Under the pieces are notes generated by a model that was given only the letters and a program-made list of their open reading frames with translations, had not been told where the DNA came from and did not search any database. Positions 56,869 to 64,000 of a DNA stretch of 64,000 nt are shown in pieces (positions within the stretch are counted from its first letter, which is position 1; each line of letters begins with the position of its first letter). Made by a program: the position numbers and the translations under genes. This stretch comes from Candidatus Latescibacterota bacterium (GTDB taxonomy: Bacteria > Latescibacterota > UBA2968). The stretch spans positions 4,320,001-4,384,000 of the forward strand of contig OZ242320.1 of NCBI GenBank assembly GCA_965208125.1. Reading direction: 5' to 3'.

Positions 56869-57264
56869 TTGGCAGTTGAACCACTGAGTTCTGCTACGGG
56901 GCGTCGCAAAACATCGACGGCGCATGTAAAACTCTTTCCTGGAACAGGGGCGATTATTATCAATGGGCTTTCCGCGCTTGATTATCTCAAACGGGAGACA
57001 TTGGTGATGATTATCGAACAGCCCTTAGATGTGACCGAGACCCGAGGGACTTATGATATTGTTGCCAAAGCAAAGGGTGGCGGTTTGACCGGTCAGGCCG
57101 GTGCCGTGCGATTGGGTATTGCGCGCAGTTTGCAAAGCGTGAATACAAGCAATCACAAACCACTGCGACAGGCGGGCTTGCTCACGCGCGATCCACGCAA
57201 AGTGGAACGAAAAAAACCCGGGCAGCCCGGAGCACGCAAAAAATTTCAGTTTTCCAAGCGTTAA
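56869..57264 (+). CDS. rpsI: 30S ribosomal protein S9
   Basis: TGRRK, GGGLTGQAGA and QFSKR; TTG start after GGAGGTG. Confidence 0.97.
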   Translation: MAVEPLSSATGRRKTSTAHVKLFPGTGAIIINGLSALDYLKRETLVMIIEQPLDVTETRGTYDIVAKAKGGGLTGQAGAVRLGIARSLQSVNTSNHKPLRQAGLLTRDPRKVERKKPGQPGARKKFQFSKR

Positions 57265-57285
57265 ACCAGAGTATTTTATCTGGAT

Positions 57286-57362
57286 ATCACATGTATCCTG
57301 ATTGCTTCACGGGTGCCAGATGGCAATGGGGCAATATGAGGGATGCAGAGGACAAACCCAAA
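57286..57362 (+). promoter_or_regulatory. rpsB (S2) autoregulatory leader, t44-like
   Basis: CACATGTATCC...CGGGTGCC...GGATGCAGAGG...AAACCC directly upstream of rpsB. Confidence 0.6.
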
Positions 57363-57376
57363 ATGCAGGAGGTGAC

Positions 57377-58135
57377 ATGGCTGTTGTTTCAATGAGGCAA
57401 CTGCTCGAATCTGGCGTTCACTTCGGGCATCAAACCCGGCGGTGGAATCCAAAGATGCAGAAGTACATTTTTACAGAGCGCAATGGTATTTATATTGTTG
57501 ATTTGCAAAAGACGCAGATGCAAGTCGAAGCAGCATATCAAGCTGTGCGCAAGGCTGCTGAAACAGGCCAACCGATTCTTTTTGTCGGTACCAAAAAACA
57601 GGCCAAAGACATCATTGTAAATGCTGCGGAACGCTGCGATATGTTTTACGTCAACAACCGCTGGTTGGGGGGCATGCTGACGAATTTTCAAACGATTCGG
57701 CAGAGCATTCGCCGTCTGGACACGTTGGATAAAATGGCTGGCGATGGCACATATCAGCAGTTGACCAAAAAGGAAGTGTTGCGTTTGGAACGCGAGCGCG
57801 ATAAGTTGCAAAAATCCCTGGGCGGTATCCGCAGTATGGGGCGTTTGCCAGCACTCGTATTTGTCGTGGATACCAAAAAGGAAAAAATCGCAGTCGCCGA
57901 GGCGCGTCGCCTGGAAATTCCTCTTGTGGCAATTGTCGATACCAACTGCGATCCGGATGAAGTTGACCATCCAATTCCCGGTAATGACGATGCGATGCGG
58001 TCTATTGCGCTGATTACAAATTTGATGGCCGAGGCCGTGGTCGAGGGTACAACTGTTCGACAGGATGACGAAGAAGATGGCCCTGCGCCAGATGCGGGTC
58101 CTGAGATTACAGAAATCGATCCCAGCAATAATTGA
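57377..58135 (+). CDS. rpsB: 30S ribosomal protein S2
   Basis: [25 protein letters not shown] and PGNDD motifs. Confidence 0.98.
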   Translation: MAVVSMRQLLESGVHFGHQTRRWNPKMQKYIFTERNGIYIVDLQKTQMQVEAAYQAVRKAAETGQPILFVGTKKQAKDIIVNAAERCDMFYVNNRWLGGMLTNFQTIRQSIRRLDTLDKMAGDGTYQQLTKKEVLRLERERDKLQKSLGGIRSMGRLPALVFVVDTKKEKIAVAEARRLEIPLVAIVDTNCDPDEVDHPIPGNDDAMRSIALITNLMAEAVVEGTTVRQDDEEDGPAPDAGPEITEIDPSNN

Positions 58136-58151
58136 TAAGACGGAGACTGAA

Positions 58152-58751
58152 ATGGCTATTTCTGCAAAAATGGTTCAGGAGTTGCGTGCCAGAACCAATG
58201 TGGGCATGATGGATTGTAAACGGGCGCTCGAAGAGGCCGATGGCGTCATGGATAAGGCTGTTGAGTTGTTGCGTAAACGGGGTATTGCCAAAGCTGAGAG
58301 CAGGGCGGGACGTCAGGCCAAAGAGGGAGCGATAGCGTCTTATATCCATGCGGGAAGCCAATTGGGAGTTTTACTCGAGATCAATAGCGAGACCGACTTT
58401 GTGGCGCGTACCGATGAGTTCCAGACGTTTTCAAAAGATGTGGCTATGCACATCGCCGCCTCTGCACCTCTCGTTGTGAATCGCGAAGATGTAGATGCCG
58501 AAATGCTTGAAAAGGAAAAGAATATTTATCGCGATCAGGCACTCAGCGAAGGCAAACCAGAGCACATCGTGGACCGGATTGTAGAAGGCCGCATGGAAAA
58601 ATACTACCAGGAAGTGGTTTTAATGGAGCAGGCTTTTGTCAAAGATCCGGACAAAACCATTCAGGATCTGCACTCAGATCTGGTGGCCAAGTGCGGCGAA
58701 AATATCACCATCCGCCGATTCGCCCGTTTTGTCCTGGGAGAAGAGAGTTAA
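58152..58751 (+). CDS. tsf: Elongation factor Ts (short form)
   Basis: GMMDCK and NSETDFVA motifs. Confidence 0.97.
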   Translation: MAISAKMVQELRARTNVGMMDCKRALEEADGVMDKAVELLRKRGIAKAESRAGRQAKEGAIASYIHAGSQLGVLLEINSETDFVARTDEFQTFSKDVAMHIAASAPLVVNREDVDAEMLEKEKNIYRDQALSEGKPEHIVDRIVEGRMEKYYQEVVLMEQAFVKDPDKTIQDLHSDLVAKCGENITIRRFARFVLGEES

Positions 58752-58780
58752 GCGTCTATAATGCCCAGAGGAGGTGCGCC

Positions 58781-59338
58781 GTGATTGATGAGATTATGGC
58801 CGAAGCGCGAACGGCCATGCAAAAGTCTGTGATAGCTTTACAAAACGAGATGGGTACAGTGCGAACCGGGCGTGCCAACGCGCATTTGCTGGATCAAATT
58901 CGGGTCGAGTATTACGGTACACAGGTGCCGATTAATCAAGTCGCCACGGTGGGTGTGCCAGAACCGCGTTTGATCGCGATTCAACCCTGGGACAAGTCGG
59001 CGATTCCACTGATTGAAAAGGCAATTCTGGAATCAAATTTGGGATTGACACCGGCCAATGATGGTACAATTATTCGGTTGCCCATTCCGCAGTTGACAGA
59101 AGACCGCAGGCGAGAACTGGTGCGGGTGGTGAGGCAATATGCCGAAGAAAGTCGCATTTCGGTTCGCAATACCCGTCGCGATGCCAATGAACTCATCCGC
59201 GATGCACAAAAAGAAGGCGAGATTCCCGAGGACGATGCCAGGCGCACAACAGAACGCGTGCAGGATTTGACCGACGAGTTTGTCGCAAAAATTGATGACG
59301 TGTTAGCGGAAAAAGAAGAAGAAATTATGGAGATTTGA
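58781..59338 (+). CDS. frr: Ribosome recycling factor
   Basis: VRTGRA, IQPWD and RNTRRDAN; GTG start after GGAGG. Confidence 0.97.
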   Translation: MIDEIMAEARTAMQKSVIALQNEMGTVRTGRANAHLLDQIRVEYYGTQVPINQVATVGVPEPRLIAIQPWDKSAIPLIEKAILESNLGLTPANDGTIIRLPIPQLTEDRRRELVRVVRQYAEESRISVRNTRRDANELIRDAQKEGEIPEDDARRTTERVQDLTDEFVAKIDDVLAEKEEEIMEI

Positions 59339-59362
59339 TGCGGAGCAAGATCTGCTGAATTG

Positions 59363-59394
59363 AAAAGGCCATTTCCATTGGGAGGTGGCCTTTT
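59363..59394. terminator. Bidirectional intrinsic terminator
   Basis: AAAAGGCCATTTCC...GGAGGTGGCCTTTT between convergent genes. Confidence 0.8.
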
Positions 59395-59427
59395 GATTTT
59401 TAGGTCTGAGAAGTTCCTCCGATCCCT

Positions 59428-59952
59428 TTAGTATTTGATCGCATAGACCTCGACAAATTCGCCGTAGTGCCAGACGTAATACGCCGTGCGATAGTGCGAT
59501 TTGGATCTGCCTGTGCGAGCGGCGCGTTCAATGGCTTCGGGAGGATTGACGATCAGGAGTTTGCTATCGAGACGAAAACGAAAGCCCAGATGCGTGACAA
59601 AGGGCGCGAAGATCACACTGCCTGTTCGCGCGTCAATAACGGCGAGTTGCTGGCATTCTTCGCCACAAAACCACCGCACAATGGTTTGATCGCCCGCAAA
59701 ATTGGGACCGATTTTGGCTCCGTGAATCAAGCGGTCTTTGAATCGAATCGCGCGCGGATGGCTCACGAGATTGACAGGACGCGGTTTGTCTTTGTAAATT
59801 TGGTATTCGGGAATCGCAAACTGTTCAAATTCGGGTTTTTCAGTCACGGGACCAGGAGCGTCGGGTAACTCGAATTCGGGCATACAGGCGATAAAAAACA
59901 AAAACAGGACAGGGGAGATCGCCTGATAGTTTGTGTATTTTGCAATTTTCAT
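59428..59952 (-). CDS. Hypothetical lipoprotein
   Basis: FFIAC lipobox-like sequence; GPNFAG and CGEEC. Confidence 0.7.
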   Translation of the reverse strand: MKIAKYTNYQAISPVLFLFFIACMPEFELPDAPGPVTEKPEFEQFAIPEYQIYKDKPRPVNLVSHPRAIRFKDRLIHGAKIGPNFAGDQTIVRWFCGEECQQLAVIDARTGSVIFAPFVTHLGFRFRLDSKLLIVNPPEAIERAARTGRSKSHYRTAYYVWHYGEFVEVYAIKY

Positions 59953-60033
59953 GATGTGAAATATAAGGCTTTTTCGCCAAGTCGCGCTATCATTTACCCA
60001 ATTGAAAACAGATTCAATTTTATGAGGAGATCT

Positions 60034-60987
60034 ATGAGAGACGAACTAAATGCAGTTGTTCAAGCGCACAATTTTTCGGGTGTGGTTCTCGTCGTGAGAT
60101 CGGGCGAGCGATTATTGGCGCAAGGATATGGGATGGCTGACCTGGAAAATAATGTGCCAAATACCCTGCATACCAAATTTCGCATTGGTTCTATAACCAA
60201 GACATTTACTGCAATGGCGGTGATGATATTGGCTGAGCAGGGCAAACTTCAAATAGACAATTTGCTCTCTGAGCATTTACCGGACATTCCCGATCACTGG
60301 ACCGAGATCACATTACACCATCTGCTGAGCAATACGGCGGGGATTATGCACGTGTGGGAACTGCCTGGTTTTTCCGATACCATGTCGCTGAAAGCAACCT
60401 CTGCTGAGACAATTCAAAAAGTTGCGGATCAGCCCCTCGTGGCGCCGCCGGGCACAAAATATCACTATAGTGGAACGGGATTTTTTGTATTGTCGCGAGT
60501 GATCGAAAAAGTGTCGGGTCAATCATATCAGGCTTTTTTGAAAGCGCACATATTTGACCCGTTAAAAATGGCCGATACGGGATGCGATCATCCCGATCCA
60601 ATTTTACCACATCGCGCACGCGGGTATGCCCCTGAGGGGAATGGCGTGATCAATTCGCCGATGATCTATATGCCGATTCTGACCGGTGGGGGAAATTTGT
60701 ATTCCACAGTGGAAGATCTGGCGAAGTGGGATGCCGCGCTCGGCGATGGCAAACTGATTTCACAGGCATCTTACCGGCAGATGTTTACGCCGGTGTTGAA
60801 CAATTACGCCTGCGGCTGGCGCGTGGAGGACAATGGATCTGTCAGGCACGGCGGTAGCGTATCGGGATTCAACACAGTTTTGTTGCGATTTTTAGATGAC
60901 GCGGTTTGTATTATTGTTTTGAGCAATGTGAACCCCGCCCCTGTAAAATCCATTGCGCAACAACTCGCGGCGGTTGTGTTTGCCTGA
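60034..60987 (+). CDS. Serine hydrolase, beta-lactamase family
   Basis: FRIGSITK (SxxK), YSG and HGG motifs. Confidence 0.9.
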   Translation: MRDELNAVVQAHNFSGVVLVVRSGERLLAQGYGMADLENNVPNTLHTKFRIGSITKTFTAMAVMILAEQGKLQIDNLLSEHLPDIPDHWTEITLHHLLSNTAGIMHVWELPGFSDTMSLKATSAETIQKVADQPLVAPPGTKYHYSGTGFFVLSRVIEKVSGQSYQAFLKAHIFDPLKMADTGCDHPDPILPHRARGYAPEGNGVINSPMIYMPILTGGGNLYSTVEDLAKWDAALGDGKLISQASYRQMFTPVLNNYACGWRVEDNGSVRHGGSVSGFNTVLLRFLDDAVCIIVLSNVNPAPVKSIAQQLAAVVFA

Positions 60988-61080
60988 GCAACACCGCTGA
61001 GTAGCGCGCGTTGCTTGACTCCCCACAATCCATTGGGTACATTTGCATACCATTTATGTCCTGATCCAAAGGAGCTTGTT

Positions 61081-62160
61081 ATGAGCAGCACATTTGGTCG
61101 CGCGTTTCGCATCACCACCTGGGGGGAGTCACACGGTGGTGGCGTTGGCGTTGTATTAGATGGATGCCCGGCTGGCCTGGAGATCGGCGAAGAAGATATC
61201 CAGATTGAACTTGATCGCCGCAAACCGGGCCAGAGCAAGATTACCACACAACGCAAAGAAGAAGACCAGATAGAAATCCACTCGGGTCTTTTTGAGGGCA
61301 AAACCCTTGGCACGCCTATCTCGATGATGGTGTGGAATCAGGATGCGCGTTCCAAAGATTACGAAGAAATACGCACCAAATACCGCCCTTCGCACGCCGA
61401 TTACACGTATGAACAAAAATACGGTATTCGCAACTGGAAAGGTGGGGGCAGAGCCAGTGCGCGCGAGACAATCGGCCGCGTTGCCGCAGGTGCGATTGCG
61501 CGCAAATTGCTCAAACGCGATTGCAATATCGATATTATCGCTTATGTGCGCCAGGTTCACACCCTTGTTGCCAGTGTCGATCCCGTCAGGGTTACTCGCG
61601 AGCAAGTCGAGTCGAATATCGCCCGCGTGCCCGATGCCGAGATTGCCGAGCGAATCATTCAGCGCATCGATGCCGCCCGCAAAGATGGCGACTCTCTCGG
61701 TGGTGTGGTCGAGGCCGTTGCCCATCGCGTTCCTCCCGGCTGGGGCGAACCCGTCTTTGACAAACTCGAGGCCGACCTCGCAAAATCCATGCTTTCACTG
61801 CCCGCCTGCAAGGGTTTCGAATCCGGCTCTGGTTTTGGCGGTATTGCGATGACCGGCTCTGCCCACAACGATCCCTTTTACAACGATGGCAGCGGCATTC
61901 ACACGCGCACAAATTATTCCGGCGGCATTCAGGGCGGTATCTCCAACGGTGAACCCATCGTCATTCGCGCAGCTTTTAAGCCGACTGCCACAATTTTAGC
62001 CGAGCAAGAAACCGTCGATATCCACGGCAATCCCACCACGCTCAAAGGGCGCGGTAGGCACGACCCCTGCGTCTTACCCCGCGCAGTCCCCATTGTCGAA
62101 GCGATGATGGCACTCGTGCTGGCGGACCACTATTTGCGCCAGCGTGGACAACGAGGTTAA
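61081..62160 (+). CDS. aroC: Chorismate synthase
   Basis: GESHG, RPSHAD, ASARET and GRHDPC motifs. Confidence 0.98.
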   Translation: MSSTFGRAFRITTWGESHGGGVGVVLDGCPAGLEIGEEDIQIELDRRKPGQSKITTQRKEEDQIEIHSGLFEGKTLGTPISMMVWNQDARSKDYEEIRTKYRPSHADYTYEQKYGIRNWKGGGRASARETIGRVAAGAIARKLLKRDCNIDIIAYVRQVHTLVASVDPVRVTREQVESNIARVPDAEIAERIIQRIDAARKDGDSLGGVVEAVAHRVPPGWGEPVFDKLEADLAKSMLSLPACKGFESGSGFGGIAMTGSAHNDPFYNDGSGIHTRTNYSGGIQGGISNGEPIVIRAAFKPTATILAEQETVDIHGNPTTLKGRGRHDPCVLPRAVPIVEAMMALVLADHYLRQRGQRG

Positions 62161-62181
62161 TCAATTTGATAGGAGATTCCA

Positions 62182-62439
62182 ATGAAAACGATCCAATTGT
62201 CCAACGCAATTTTGGAAAAACTCGGTGAACTGCGTCAAGCAGGCGGATACGAAACCATCACGCAAGGTTTGGAAAAGGCCGTTGATCATCATCTTTTGGA
62301 ATTGCGCCGTCAAAGGGCAGAGAAGACGACAAAAAAAATAAAAAAAAAGTTAAAAGAAAAAGGGTTGACAGAAGATGATATTCTCAAAGACTTTGAAATA
62401 TTTCGTGAGAAATTGAGGCAAGAGAATGCTGCGCCTTGA
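62182..62439 (+). CDS. Putative antitoxin
   Basis: 85-aa ORF overlapping the start of the PIN gene. Confidence 0.6.
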   Translation: MKTIQLSNAILEKLGELRQAGGYETITQGLEKAVDHHLLELRRQRAEKTTKKIKKKLKEKGLTEDDILKDFEIFREKLRQENAAP

Positions 62440-62844
62440 ACTCGCAGTCGATGCAAATCCATTAGTTTCTGCACTCATGGATGGACAAGCATTAAAATTG
62501 TTGTTCAGTCCATTGTTTTATTTTTTACCACAGAACGCACAACATGGGAGGTTAAAAGATATATTTCTGTTATTTCAGAACGACTTGGAATCGCGGAAAT
62601 TGAAATATTCAATACATTCGAAGGCTTTCCCATTATGGCTTATCAATCAAATCACTATAGCTCTACTCTTAGTCGCGCAACAAACGCGATTGGGCATCGT
62701 GACGCCAAAGATATAGATATTCTCGCTCTCGCATATCATCTCAGAATACCTCTGTGGACTCATGATCTCGATCTAATAGAAATCGAAGATATTCAAACTG
62801 TTACGACACAGGATTTGCTCACCATCATAACTACAAATGAATAG
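62426..62844 (+). pseudogene. PIN-domain toxin, frameshift in the T tract at ~62521-62526
   Basis: VDANPL...E...DAKDIDILALA...WTHD; adding one T joins the two ORFs. Confidence 0.8.
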
Positions 62845-64000
62845 TCAAATGATCGATTCCCAAATTTTCACCTGTATTAAAAATGCGAACGCTCACACCT
62901 ATCGCTTTCCGTGGCGAAATTTTACGCATCTATTAAAAGATCGCGCAGAGCATCAGCCAGATAAACCCGCGTTGATCTTTTGCGATTGCGATACGGATGC
63001 TCGCAGGGTTATTACCTATTCCGAATTTGAACGCCTCACCGCCGCGCTTGCAGGTCTGATGTACCGCGAATACGGTATAAGATGCGGAGATTGCGTCGGT
63101 CTTGCCTTGCCCAATTGTGCAGAAATTCCCCTGCTCACCCTTGCCCTTTTTCGCCTCGGCGCAACTTCTATTCCTCTCGATATTGCCAAAGATGTTCCCG
63201 AGCGCAAGCGCTACAAACTGCAGAATGCTGGAGCCAGGCTGCTCGTTGTTTTGCCCGAACATGCAGAAATTCAACGGCGCGTATTACCCGATATCCAGAT
63301 TGCGACGACAGAGCAGTTGCTCGCCGACGATGGATATGACGCAGTGGATATCGAACCTGAGTGGTCTGGCGATCCAGAAGGAGAACAACACACCAGTATT
63401 GCGCTGTACACATCGGGTACAACAGGTCATCCCAAAGGCGCGTGTATTACCCGACAAAGCCTCACATCCAATGCCGATGGTATCATTCGCTGGCTCGGAT
63501 TTGATGCACGCGAACGCCTCAATCTCGTTTTACCACTTCATCATATTAATTCCACCACGTTCTCGATCACCAGTTTCATGGTGGGGGGGAGCCTTGTGCT
63601 CAATTCGCGCTATAGCGTTTCGGCGTTCTGGCGTATCATATCGCGGGAGCGGGCGACATCTGCAAGTATTGTACCGACGATTATGGCCGATCTACTCGCC
63701 CGCGCCGATGACTTTGAGCGCGAGGGCTATGACATATCTTCACTAAAAAAAATTATGATCGGTTCGGCACCTGTTCAGCCCAATATTGCCTGCCAATTTG
63801 TCGAGAGGTTTGGCGTCCGCCTCGTTCAGGGGTATGGCTCAACCGAAGTCAGTTTGCGCGTTACCGGCGTACCACCCGATTTACCCGATGACCAGTACCG
63901 CGATGTACTCGAACAAAATGCCATTGGTGTTGAACTCGCCAATAACAATATAAGAATTGATGGTGGACGAAACGAAGGTGATGTCGGTGAAATTCTCGTG
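62837..64000 (+). CDS. Class I adenylate-forming enzyme (acyl-CoA synthetase), partial at window edge
   Basis: Manual translation gives YTSGTTGHPKG, LPLHH and QGYGSTE. Confidence 0.9.
   Translation, partial: MNSQMIDSQIFTCIKNANAHTYRFPWRNFTHLLKDRAEHQPDKPALIFCDCDTDARRVITYSEFERLTAALAGLMYREYGIRCGDCVGLALPNCAEIPLLTLALFRLGATSIPLDIAKDVPERKRYKLQNAGARLLVVLPEHAEIQRRVLPDIQIATTEQLLADDGYDAVDIEPEWSGDPEGEQHTSIALYTSGTTGHPKGACITRQSLTSNADGIIRWLGFDARERLNLVLPLHHINSTTFSITSFMVGGSLVLNSRYSVSAFWRIISRERATSASIVPTIMADLLARADDFEREGYDISSLKKIMIGSAPVQPNIACQFVERFGVRLVQGYGSTEVSLRVTGVPPDLPDDQYRDVLEQNAIGVELANNNIRIDGGRNEGDVGEILV

Noticed and set aside
14791-62844. Programmed frameshifting or phase variation in higA, the ABC permease and the PIN gene
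   Set aside because: All are 1-nt indels in short homopolymers, a pattern typical of sequencing error; only the IS5 A9 shift fits a known programmed frameshift.

Overview
Bacterial chromosomal window; rplM-rpsI-rpsB-tsf-frr synteny and the gene content suggest an FCB-group organism such as Latescibacterota (inference). Bases 1-48,000 are a ~48-kb array of about 45 stand-alone genes, nearly all on the minus strand: 7 GNATs, 4 phosphotransferases, 3 Nudix, 3 methyltransferases, TA genes, and sugar/sulfate enzymes. The array starts directly downstream of a co-oriented tyrosine recombinase (48012-48842). Genes near the recombinase are separated by AAC...GTT hairpins and carry matching terminal inverted repeats, like integron cassettes. 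Three features differ from canonical integrons: the recombinase lacks the IntI-specific insertion, the attI-like site lies at the 3' end of the recombinase gene and recurs twice inside the array, and the hairpin arm asymmetry is opposite to that of canonical attC. This looks like a non-IntI integron-like cassette system. The att sites erode with distance from the recombinase, and distal junctions are mosaics of short gene-end fragments found elsewhere in the array. An IS5 element and a related MITE both sit in att sites. Bases 49,100-64,000 are mostly housekeeping genes (ispH, rplM, rpsI, rpsB, tsf, frr without pyrH, aroC) plus an unannotated ~250-nt structured transcript upstream of rplM. All alignments and counts were done by eye; no searches were run.
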